64,000 bases of DNA from an uncultured virus (IMG/VR IMGVR_UViG_3300046808_001087) (lineage: Duplodnaviria; Heunggongvirae; Uroviricota; Caudoviricetes). Below, in pieces: positions 22,214-31,400 of the stretch. Each line of letters opens with the position of its first letter. Positions within the stretch are counted from its first letter, which is position 1. A model generated the notes under the pieces. The model ran no database searches. It was not told the DNA's origin and saw only the letters and a list, made by a program, of their open reading frames with translations. The position numbers and the translations under genes were made by a program. Location of the stretch: the IMG/VR virus record IMGVR_UViG_3300046808_001087. The stretch is one strand, 5' to 3'.

Positions 22214-22261
22214 CATATTTTTCATTAAAAATAATAAATTTTTTTGACAAAAAGTAGATAT

Positions 22262-23647
22262 TTAGTTTGTTTGTTTTTTTGCCCCTTCTTTTTGTTTTCT
22301 CTTTTCCAAGAGTTCTCTTACCCTATCTCTATTCTTTTCTTCTTTCTGTTCTTCGAACCCTAAGAAAGTTACAGAACTTTCTGTATCTATTTCTAAAAGT
22401 TCGTTGTTAAACTTGCAATTCTCGAACACAACCCCGTCTTTTCCTAACCTTGACTTGGTAATTGCGATTGTTGCCAAATTCATTTCTTTTTGTTGTAAGG
22501 TTTTTGCCACTGTAATAATTACGTGTCCTACCTGAGCCTTTTTAATAGACCCACCCATTTGGTCTGTAGTAACAACTTCAGACGAAATAGAACTTCTATT
22601 TCCTTGAGTTGCTGTCCATCCTGCAATACTTAATTCGTGACACATCGCCTCAAAACCTCTCATAACTGAACCTTCAGCTTTCCACTCATCTTTCGATGAT
22701 TGTTCGGGTAAGACACAATCGATATAATCTAATAAAATCATATCTATCTTAATACCGTCCGCAATCATCTTTCTAACTTGATTTTTAATTTGATTCATGG
22801 TCATTGTATCTGAAGCTAATTTTTTTAGAATCAGCCTGTTCTTCATTGATTCTTGAATCTCATTAACTTTACTTATAACTTCTTCTTTATGTTCTGCAAG
22901 TTTGTCGGGTTCGATTCCTGTCCATATTGTAAAGTGTTTCCTTTGAACAATCTTCGGATTGTCTTCAAAAAATATCTGAAGAACATTGTATCCCATGTTG
23001 AATGCGGTATTTGCTATCTTAGTTAAGATTGTAGTTTTACCAACACCTGTCGGTGCTAAAATTACACCAATCTCACCTTTAGCCAACCCTCCCTTTAGGA
23101 GGTTATCAATTCCATGAATTCCCATTGGTATCGGGTGTCTATAATCCTCATCTAAAACAGTATCAAGATTTTGGAACACGTCCTCTGTACCAGTTTCAAT
23201 TTGACCGACTTGTAAGGCCTCTCTAATCAATCCTTCAACTTTATCATAAGATTCAAAGTCTCCCTCATTGATAATTTTCTGAGCCTTCTCCATTGCCTTC
23301 TGTAGTTCTTGTTGCTTACAAAACTTCAGACCTCTTTCCTGTACATAAACTGAACCTTCAAGAGGGGCGTTCTTAATTTGTTTCAATGTATCCAAAACAA
23401 TTTTGGCCACAAGCTCTTGTGAAATTTCAGACTTTACGATTTGTTCGAGAGTATCAAAAGATGGTGATGATTCATATTTTTTATGATACTCCTTAATCAT
23501 CTGTGTGATAATCTTGAAGTACTTGTTATCAAAATACGAACTTTCTAAAACATCTATGATTGCCGCAGAAAAGGTCTTGTCGAGAACTATTTGATTTATC
23601 AGCTGAAGCTGAAAGGTATTACCTAAATACTCAAAATTTTTCATCAT
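22262..23647 (-). CDS. Replicative DnaB-like helicase (T4 gp41-like)
   Basis: APTGVGKT Walker A, ILLDYID, WTATQGNR, KSR arginine finger. Confidence 0.92.
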   Translation of the reverse strand: MMKNFEYLGNTFQLQLINQIVLDKTFSAAIIDVLESSYFDNKYFKIITQMIKEYHKKYESSPSFDTLEQIVKSEISQELVAKIVLDTLKQIKNAPLEGSVYVQERGLKFCKQQELQKAMEKAQKIINEGDFESYDKVEGLIREALQVGQIETGTEDVFQNLDTVLDEDYRHPIPMGIHGIDNLLKGGLAKGEIGVILAPTGVGKTTILTKIANTAFNMGYNVLQIFFEDNPKIVQRKHFTIWTGIEPDKLAEHKEEVISKVNEIQESMKNRLILKKLASDTMTMNQIKNQVRKMIADGIKIDMILLDYIDCVLPEQSSKDEWKAEGSVMRGFEAMCHELSIAGWTATQGNRSSISSEVVTTDQMGGSIKKAQVGHVIITVAKTLQQKEMNLATIAITKSRLGKDGVVFENCKFNNELLEIDTESSVTFLGFEEQKEEKNRDRVRELLEKRKQKEGAKKQTN

Positions 23648-23676
23648 AATTTTAGACCTCTCTATTAATTAAATAC

Positions 23677-24129
23677 TTACTTACTCAAGTCGTAACCTAG
23701 ATATTGGAAATTTAATTTCTGAGTGGAAAAAATGTCAGTCAACCCTTTTAACAAATCTTTCAAATATGGTCTTACGTCCACAGTATAACGAACTTTTGGT
23801 GGGAACATTTTTCCATCAAAAATTCTATGACAAATTGTCTGTTCTCCGAGTTTGATATACATATTAAAATTCTCAACTCCATCTGTGAACGAGGTCTCCA
23901 TAACACTCGGGTCGTGCATAATTGACTCTTTGTTATCCATCATGTAGACAACAGTTTTCATTTTCATATCATACTTCAAAGTATCTGCAACATCTTTCAT
24001 AAACTCATAGAGGTCTACAGAATTTCTTGCTCTCGGGTTGAACCCTTTCACGTTAAAAAATCTTTGGACCACGATGTTGTCATTAAGTGTCAAAAGAAAC
24101 TCTAGTTTCGTGATGTCTTGCTCTTTCAT
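23677..24129 (-). CDS. Hypothetical protein
   Basis: 150 aa ORF in the replication cassette directly upstream of the helicase. Confidence 0.7.
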   Translation of the reverse strand: MKEQDITKLEFLLTLNDNIVVQRFFNVKGFNPRARNSVDLYEFMKDVADTLKYDMKMKTVVYMMDNKESIMHDPSVMETSFTDGVENFNMYIKLGEQTICHRIFDGKMFPPKVRYTVDVRPYLKDLLKGLTDIFSTQKLNFQYLGYDLSK

Positions 24130-24135
24130 GTTTTT

Positions 24136-24294
24136 TTATTTTTTGTTGTTTTTTAAATTTAAATAAAAAGATACACCTATCAAAATTAAACCTATCCCAC
24201 CTAATCCAGGTGAATCGTCTATTTCACCGTATACCACAAATGCACCTCCAAGTGCGGATATACAACTTGAAATCATGCTCTTTACTATAATCAT
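24136..24294 (-). CDS. Small two-helix membrane protein (52 aa); not in ORF track
   Basis: MIIVKSMISSCISALGGAFVVYGEIDDSPGLGGIGLILIGVSFYLNLKNNKK; ATGA overlap with the exonuclease stop; fills the intergenic gap. Confidence 0.75.
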   Translation of the reverse strand: MIIVKSMISSCISALGGAFVVYGEIDDSPGLGGIGLILIGVSFYLNLKNNKK

Positions 24295-25283
24295 ATTTTT
24301 CTTTTTTCTTTTCTTATTAGTTTCATAAAGGGTTTCAAAAAGTTAACCCACGCTTCATCATTTTTAGGTAGAAACTTGAACATCCCGTCTTGAACCATCA
24401 TCCTCATCAAATTCTTATACCCCCTATCTGTGGGGTCTATTGTATCTTGATAAATTTGTTCTACCAGTTCTTTTCCCTCATCGGTAATGAGGGGGTTCGA
24501 TAAATCAACAATTTTCCTGTTGATATTATAGAAATCCTCACCAAGTATACCACTTTTTGACTTACCTGTCAAAATATTGGACAAACTTTTAATCGGTTTC
24601 GTTTGCGGGATATTTCGTGCATTATCAAGTATTTCTTCAATAGTGCATGATTTTTCCTGCAATTCAGGGAAATATTTAATCAAAGTTTTTTCACCCAAAC
24701 CTTCAATACCATCAATATTATCTGATTTGTCTCCTGTAAAAACTTTGCAAATTAAAACATTTTGATGAGGTATTTCAACTTTATTAATTGTTATCTTATC
24801 CCCTTGTTTAAAATAAGTTTTTGATACAGGTGAGTAGATTGTTACTCTTTCATTAATTAATTGTGTGAGGTCTTTGTCTGCCGAAAAAATTATTATATTC
24901 TCGTCCACGGCAATTTTGCAGTAATAAGCAATGAGGTCATCTGCCTCATTATCATGCATTTCAACTTGTCTAACAAATACTTCTTCGATGTATTCTTTAA
25001 CACGAGACTTTTGGGTCAGGTACGATTCGTATTTAAACTCATTCATACCTAACCTTCTGTTCTCTTTATACTGGGGATATAATTTTTTTCTCGTAGAGGA
25101 GTTGGAGTCTCCGTCCCAAAAAACAACCACCTTATCGTGATTATGCTCCTCCAAGAATCGTCTCAAAGTGTTAATGAAGTGATATACTCCACCAACATGA
25201 GAACCGTCGTTATAGAGGTCCTTAGCTCCGTGAAAACCTATTTTGAATAAGTTGTCACCGTCTACCAATAAAGTCTTTCCCAC
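24291..25283 (-). CDS. 5'-3' exonuclease / flap endonuclease (PolA N-terminal, T4 RNase H-like)
   Basis: LLVDGDN, YKENR, EADDLIA, SADKDLTQL, GDKSDNIDGIEGLGEKT; GTG start. Confidence 0.93.
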   Translation of the reverse strand: MGKTLLVDGDNLFKIGFHGAKDLYNDGSHVGGVYHFINTLRRFLEEHNHDKVVVFWDGDSNSSTRKKLYPQYKENRRLGMNEFKYESYLTQKSRVKEYIEEVFVRQVEMHDNEADDLIAYYCKIAVDENIIIFSADKDLTQLINERVTIYSPVSKTYFKQGDKITINKVEIPHQNVLICKVFTGDKSDNIDGIEGLGEKTLIKYFPELQEKSCTIEEILDNARNIPQTKPIKSLSNILTGKSKSGILGEDFYNINRKIVDLSNPLITDEGKELVEQIYQDTIDPTDRGYKNLMRMMVQDGMFKFLPKNDEAWVNFLKPFMKLIRKEKRKI

Positions 25284-25303
25284 ATTTAGTTTTTATAGGG
25301 TTA

Positions 25304-26305
25304 CTAATCTTCTTTTTCTTCTTTCAAATCGAAATCACCGTCTGTACCAATAATGTCTTTCCAATAGTCAGCATATTCTTTTTTGTATTTTTCGATGGAT
25401 GCTTTCTCTTCTGAAGACTCCTTACCAGCCAAGAAACCATGAGGTGTTACAATAATCTTTCCATCATCAAATCCCAAACCATTAATATGGTTTTTCAACA
25501 CAGATACTTTACTTCTCACTGCAAATTTAACACTTCTTTTGTCTTTTGTTGCAGTTATTTTAGTTGTACCAGCACCTTTTTGATTACCAAACAAAAATAC
25601 CAATGATGAATTCAACCACACCGCATTTCCACCTTTGGCCATAATCTTTGGTTGTCCGAATGGATTATCAGGAAGTTCAACCCAAGGTTGGTTAATAATA
25701 ATCAAAGTATTTTCAAACTTTGAATCTGACTTTCTTGAACCTGAAATCCTTTGGTTGATTCCCATTCCAATCTTATCAGACAAAGCAGATGCGTTGTGTT
25801 GTTTACCTCCTTTGCCTTCATAAGTCATCTTACATGGTACAGAACCGACGGAATCCCAAATGAAACACAAACTATATTCAAGTTCACCTTTTTCTTGAGC
25901 ATCAAGTAGGGAGTTAATATAATCTGTGATTTGTTCAATATAACTAAAATTATTGTTGAAAATGAAAAATCCATCCCAATCCAATTCTCCCGTTTCTTCA
26001 TCGACAGTTTCTTCACATTCGAAACCCATAAGTCTTGCATGTTCGAAAGACCATTTTTGTTCTGTAATAATGAATACAGGAAGGATACCTTTCTTTTGAG
26101 CGTCTACCGCAGTTTTGATTGCCGCAGTTGTTTTACCGGTATCTGAATGACCCAAGAACATATTCAAGTGTCCAATTGCAGGACCAGGTAGACCGACAGC
26201 ATCTAAGAAGTCTTCACCTAAGTCGAAGAATCTTTGTGGTTTATATTTTGCCGAAGTGGAAAACTTCTTTTTAATATCACTAAATTCGTTTTTCTTAATT
26301 GCCAT
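25304..26305 (-). CDS. RecA/UvsX-like recombinase
   Basis: GHSDTGKT Walker A, FIWDSVG Walker B, IIINQ, KGGNA, VLKNH. Confidence 0.88.
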   Translation of the reverse strand: MAIKKNEFSDIKKKFSTSAKYKPQRFFDLGEDFLDAVGLPGPAIGHLNMFLGHSDTGKTTAAIKTAVDAQKKGILPVFIITEQKWSFEHARLMGFECEETVDEETGELDWDGFFIFNNNFSYIEQITDYINSLLDAQEKGELEYSLCFIWDSVGSVPCKMTYEGKGGKQHNASALSDKIGMGINQRISGSRKSDSKFENTLIIINQPWVELPDNPFGQPKIMAKGGNAVWLNSSLVFLFGNQKGAGTTKITATKDKRSVKFAVRSKVSVLKNHINGLGFDDGKIIVTPHGFLAGKESSEEKASIEKYKKEYADYWKDIIGTDGDFDLKEEKED

Positions 26306-26585
26306 TTTCTATTTTTTTTAGTATGGGAAATTTATCGGGTTTTTCCTTAGAATAGAAATCAGTGTTTTCTTCATAAAGAACACCAATTTCTTCCTCGTGG
26401 AAAGTTATTAGTCTCAAGAAGACTTCCCCCTGTTCTTCAATTTCAACCATACCAAACAATACGGTGTCTCCTATCTCTTTGGGTCTTCCAGACCAATATG
26501 TTTTTTCTTTCAAATTGGTCAATATTTCATAAGATAATACCTTATTATCTTTCGATTGTAATTCGATTTCTTCTTTAAATGTCAT
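26295..26585 (-). CDS. Hypothetical protein
   Basis: 96 aa ORF overlapping the recombinase start. Confidence 0.65.
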   Translation of the reverse strand: MTFKEEIELQSKDNKVLSYEILTNLKEKTYWSGRPKEIGDTVLFGMVEIEEQGEVFLRLITFHEEEIGVLYEENTDFYSKEKPDKFPILKKIENGN

Positions 26586-26598
26586 ATGATAAAATTAA

Positions 26599-26621
26599 GG
26601 GTGGGGTGAATATCCCCACCC
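26599..26621 (-). terminator. Intrinsic terminator after ssb
   Basis: gggtgggg-N7-ccccaccc stem followed by ttaatttt on the minus strand. Confidence 0.7.
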
Positions 26622-26627
26622 ATTAAG

Positions 26628-27476
26628 TTAGAATGGTAAGTCTCCGTCTGGTTCATCACCTGCTTGTGGGTCAACATAAGATGACTTTGCAGATTTTCCA
26701 CCCATAGATGTTTCAGATACGGTACTATCACCATAAACATAACCACCTTTTTCAGAATCCCATTTCGGGGTTTCACCTCTCGCAATCGCTTCAAGATATT
26801 CGACAGGCTTTTTAGAATAAACGTCAAGCCAAGTTAGTTCGTCGTTAATCCAAGCCTTTGCTTGGTCTTTCTCTTCGTGTACTGGAGATGGGTCATCGTA
26901 CATAATTGTAGATACTGTCGTATATTCTTTACCCTTAGGTGTTTTAGATTTGCTCAATTCGATAATCAAATCTCTACCTTTTTCAGGGTCGGTGATATCA
27001 CCTTTGTTTCTCCAAATTGGGATGATTTTATCCAAAATACCGTCGTTCTTATAGTTGTGTTTGAATCTCCAAAACTTTGGTCCGTCTTGTTCATTGTCAC
27101 GGTCGATAACCTTAACAATATAAAACTTACGAGATTTGTATTGTTTCGCGAGTTCTTTGTCTGACTCTTTACCTGTGGACATAAGTTCTTCATAAACTTC
27201 GTTCAAAGGTGAGCGTTCGTTGTCATTTTTTCCTGGGTCATAGAACTTCTGCCATTGTCCTCCAACTTGGATTTCATGATACCAAGCTTCTTTGAATGGT
27301 GAAGAACCATCTTGAGTTGGGAGAATCCTAACTCTTCTTTGTCCTGTTTTTTCCTTATCACCCAAAATAAGGGCGAAATACTTTTTCATTCTTTCGTCTT
27401 GCGACATTCTGTTTTGGGCCCCGCCCGATGCTTGATTTTTTTCGTACTGTGCCAATACGGCGTCTAAAGTGTTCAT
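26628..27476 (-). CDS. Single-stranded DNA-binding protein (T4 gp32-like)
   Basis: RVRILP, aromatic OB-type core, DITDPEKGRDL, acidic tail ending DGDLPF; next to the recombinase. Confidence 0.85.
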   Translation of the reverse strand: MNTLDAVLAQYEKNQASGGAQNRMSQDERMKKYFALILGDKEKTGQRRVRILPTQDGSSPFKEAWYHEIQVGGQWQKFYDPGKNDNERSPLNEVYEELMSTGKESDKELAKQYKSRKFYIVKVIDRDNEQDGPKFWRFKHNYKNDGILDKIIPIWRNKGDITDPEKGRDLIIELSKSKTPKGKEYTTVSTIMYDDPSPVHEEKDQAKAWINDELTWLDVYSKKPVEYLEAIARGETPKWDSEKGGYVYGDSTVSETSMGGKSAKSSYVDPQAGDEPDGDLPF

Positions 27477-27495
27477 GTTTATAAAATTTATATTT

Positions 27496-27527
27496 TAAGT
27501 ATAATTGAAAGTTTGACTTCAGTCAAA
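27496..27527 (-). promoter_or_regulatory. Putative early promoter for ssb (TTTG-N20-TATACTTA; also reads TTGACT-N17-TATACT)
   Basis: Read directly; the -35 region lies within the palindrome TTTGACT-GA-AGTCAAA (27512-27527). Confidence 0.65.
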
Positions 27528-27531
27528 TTAA

Positions 27532-27553
27532 AAAGGTCTCGTGTGAGACCTTT
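27532..27553 (-). terminator. Intrinsic terminator
   Basis: aaaggtctc-gtgt-gagaccttt stem with T-tract, immediately after the stop at 27557. Confidence 0.75.
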
Positions 27554-27556
27554 ATT

Positions 27557-28201
27557 TTAATATTGTTCTTCATCGTCAGGATTTAAAAGAAAACTATCTT
27601 TTATATCCCTATCGTTAATGTCGGTTACATCATCAGTTGTTAGAACATAATCATGTTTACCTGTCTTTTCCATTTCTTCTTTCTTATCTTCAAAAAAATC
27701 CGTTAGTTTTTGATTGAATGGATATGAATCATATGTCCTCAATTCTAATTTTTCTTGTGGTGTTTTCTCTCTGTACTTTTCTATTTTAGCTTCCAAGGAA
27801 TTCAATTTATTTATAATTGCATCCATTTCACCTAATTTAGACTCTAGATTAGAAACTTGTGAAAATAAATTGTTGAAATACTCCTCTTGTTTAGTTTCCA
27901 TATTTTCTTGAGATTTAACCAAATCTGTAATGTCGAGTTCCTCTGTTCCTCCTTCATCTCCAGTTTCTTCTGATTTTCCCGAATCGTCTATTTTCTCAAC
28001 TTCTGTGTCTGTTTCAACATCGATTATTTGTGGTGCAGTGTCTGCCTCAGGTGCTGGTTCTCCCGCAGGTGCAGGTGTCTCAGGCGCTGGTTCAGATGCC
28101 CCCAAAGGTGCTGGTGGAGGCGGTACTTCTTGCTCATTTAAATAGTTATTTATAAAATGATACCTTTGTATCTCACTTATAATTTTTTTATCTATTGCCA
28201 T
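27557..28201 (-). CDS. Acidic Pro-rich coiled-coil protein, possibly prohead core/scaffold-like
   Basis: 214 aa; KKIISE...YLNEQE N-terminus, PPPPAP linker, heptad region. Confidence 0.5.
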   Translation of the reverse strand: MAIDKKIISEIQRYHFINNYLNEQEVPPPPAPLGASEPAPETPAPAGEPAPEADTAPQIIDVETDTEVEKIDDSGKSEETGDEGGTEELDITDLVKSQENMETKQEEYFNNLFSQVSNLESKLGEMDAIINKLNSLEAKIEKYREKTPQEKLELRTYDSYPFNQKLTDFFEDKKEEMEKTGKHDYVLTTDDVTDINDRDIKDSFLLNPDDEEQY

Positions 28202-28203
28202 TT

Positions 28204-28428
28204 TTATCCGTTTAATAAGTTTTTTATTCCTTTCGAGGTTTCTACTTTAACTTTTCTGTTTGCATATACTTGATGACCCGCTCTTTCGATAAGTCCATCT
28301 TTTTCTCTAACAACATAACAATCACCCGTATCTAAATCACAAACTTCTTTTGTTCCATCACCATTATCTTGTTCACTATATCTCACTCTTTTTCCTAAGT
28401 AAGCGTTTAAAGTATTTGTTAAATCCAT
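28204..28428 (-). CDS. Hypothetical protein
   Basis: 74 aa; EVCDLDTGDCY; TATTTATA upstream. Confidence 0.65.
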   Translation of the reverse strand: MDLTNTLNAYLGKRVRYSEQDNGDGTKEVCDLDTGDCYVVREKDGLIERAGHQVYANRKVKVETSKGIKNLLNG

Positions 28429-28466
28429 AAAATAGTTTTTATATAAATATATCGTAAGTTTGTATA

Positions 28467-31400
28467 TTATGGTTTCTTAGACAGAAATACAAAATCTTCC
28501 GTTGTTTCTAGTGATTCCCCATATTCTGTTTTTACTTTTATTTTACCTGTTACTTTTTGTTTTGGCACAAAAACTATTGCAGTATCCGTGTTCGATTTTA
28601 TTGTTCCAGTAATACCACTTAGAAATACTTGTGTCTTTCCATATAGTGATGTTCCTGTTATGAGTATTTCAGGCATAGTATCTCCTGTAAATGCCGATTT
28701 AGGATTGAAGTCAATAATTGTAGGTGGAGCACATTTTGGGGTTGTTGTTGGCGTTACAGTAGTTGTTGTAGTGCCACTTATAAGTTGGTTGATGTCCGAA
28801 ATGTCCGTCCCCAATTTTTTTAAACTTTGTAATCCTTCAGTCAATCTTGACAGGGTGTTCTGATAAGTAACATTAGTCATTTTCGAACTTTCAAAATATG
28901 ATTTGGATACAGTTCTAACTACTGGATAATCACAACTATAATATTTCCATAAACCTTCCTTAGATATTAATTTTTGATTTGGTTTCAATCTTGCATATAG
29001 GAATGATATAAAATCGTTCAAAGTATCAAAGTTCGCAACAGGTATTGCTTTTTTGTCACTACCTGTCACACAACTATACGTTTTATTAAAGTATTGTATT
29101 CCGTTCGCAGTTTTATAAGTTGGTGCAAAATTTACTTTTAAATTTATAGGTGTTGAATAATTGTTTGAATATCCCTCAAATAAGTTATCTTTATAACTTG
29201 TGACATAACATATTGAGTACATTATTTTTACCATTTGGTTGTCTACAGCAGCAGTCGGACTATTTTGTTTGATTACTTTAATAATTTCATTGTATATTGT
29301 TTGTGGATTTTCCGTAGTTGCAGTAAACTTAACACTGACAAAACCTTCATTCAAATAAGAAGTATTTGCTTCACACGAGTTTTCGGTTGAACCAGAATTG
29401 TTATTGGTACTTTGAGTTTTAGCCGCTTTTTCCGCATCTGTAACCGCAATTACATCTACTTCCTCTTTTCTATTTTTTACGATGGCTTCAAGTTTTGTAA
29501 GTAAGTTTCTATTAATACTTTGTAGATATTGGTCAATTTGTGGTAGGTCGAACATACCTTGTCTGATACCCGTGAATTGTGTTTGAAAGTTTCCGGGTGA
29601 GATTGTATGCTGAACATCTTGTATCAAGTATGGTCCATTGAACATTGGCACGTGTCTCAAGTTGAAATACATCGTAGGCTGTATCATTGCGTTTCCTAAT
29701 GATTGAACTGAACATGGATAACTTCTTTGTTTGTATAAGTTGTATAATCCAACATTTTGTGTTGCGGTATTAACACCAGCAGCTTGAGACGCCATATTAT
29801 AAACTGTGTTCACAGATTCTGAAGTTGCTTTTCCGTTATCTTGCCCAACCGTGAACGAATTGAATATATTTTGATTCCTGATTCCAATATCCACATTAAA
29901 ACCTACACATCTGTTAGATATTGCATAATCTGTTTTTTTATCTACATTTTCAATCAGTGGTACTTCGGACAACCTTCTCATATCGAATCCATCATTTCTA
30001 TATCCATAATAATTGTTATCGGGAAGGTCTAAATATTGAGAAGGTTTTCCCGCAAAGAAACAAACCATTTTGGGACCAGAATTTCTATAGTCAACACTCA
30101 AAAAGGTTCCCCAAAGATTATTTGCAAAATCCAATGTTCCTTCAGGGTTTCTTACTTGAACACCGTCAACGTTTTGTACGTTATAAAAATTCACATAAGC
30201 CGGAAGATTCATAATTACAAAATTATTATTAATCAATAATCCCGCTAAAAACGTGTACACACTCATTTTCAAACTAGATTCTGATGTCCTTCTGTTCAAG
30301 ACTTTTTTTAGTTCGAAAACATCTACAAGCAAGGTGTCTCCAATATTTCTTGAAGCCCTATCTAAAAATAGAATATCTTCGAAGAATGTCTTGTTTGTAA
30401 AATCTCCACCAGCTATCCACTTGTCGTTTAGAGCTTTGAACTTTTCATATGTCTCAACTTTACTTTGGTCTCCATCTACGACAGACTGATTCGTTGTTTG
30501 TATCACTTGGTCTTGGTTTGGTAAGTCAGTTCTCAGCTTATTCATTACCCCATTCAATATTTTATCCTGCAATGACTTTGCAACAGCTTCGTTTTCATTT
30601 AAAAGTGTTCTGAATTGTGAGTTAGTTATACTTGGATTTTTTAACTTTTGAGTTGCATATATCTTAATGATAGGTGATAATATTGTGACATTATCAACAG
30701 TAAATTCAATATTATTATCTATAAAGAAATCTGTAATATATGAACCATTATCTTTATATATAAGTTGTTCTATTGTCGAAAATCCAACTTGTAACTCTAA
30801 CTCCTCCCAAGCTTTAGGATATCTTTGTTTGGATTGAGCAAGTGTTACACCACCTGTAGAGGATGGTAAACTATTAGTTACATATGGCCCAAATTTTATT
30901 GGGTCGACAACTTCCCATGTATTATTATGTGAAAGAAAAGAATTGAAAACTCTTTCATTGTAGTTTGATGGGTTTCCATATCTAAATAACACATCGTACT
31001 GTAAGAAAGACGCAATTTGATTTTGTAAGATATCGGCTTGGTTATTTATATTATTCAAAAAGGTATCTTGTAAAGATTGATTTCCCTGTGGTGGTACTTT
31101 CATCATATTCCTCATAAGATATTGAAAGTTTCTGAAGACATCGCTTTGGTTTTTCCTAACACCGTTATAAGATACTACAGTTTTAGGCCCTATTTCAATA
31201 TCCGTTAGAGGTCTACAAAAATTCAAATACTCTTCTTCAAATGTATCTAAAATTTTTTTATCGAACGTAGAAAATATATCGTCTATTTTTGTATATTCGC
31301 CATCCGCCAAAAATCTAAACGGTGACAATTCATTAATGTCTTGTTTTATTTGATTCATGTATTCGTCAGGTTCTGGTTTAATGGCTGTTGTTGAATCGAA

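Noticed and set aside
22133..22261. Cobalamin riboswitch or NrdR box upstream of nrdJ; N-terminal extension to 22225
   Set aside because: Region is too AT-rich and short, with only one simple hairpin and no NrdR consensus; the 31-aa extension runs through the hairpin and the TATTTATA element
26582..26827. 81-aa ORF bridging ssb and the next gene (possible frameshift product)
   Set aside because: It crosses the terminator hairpin, and ssb already ends in a canonical acidic DLPF tail
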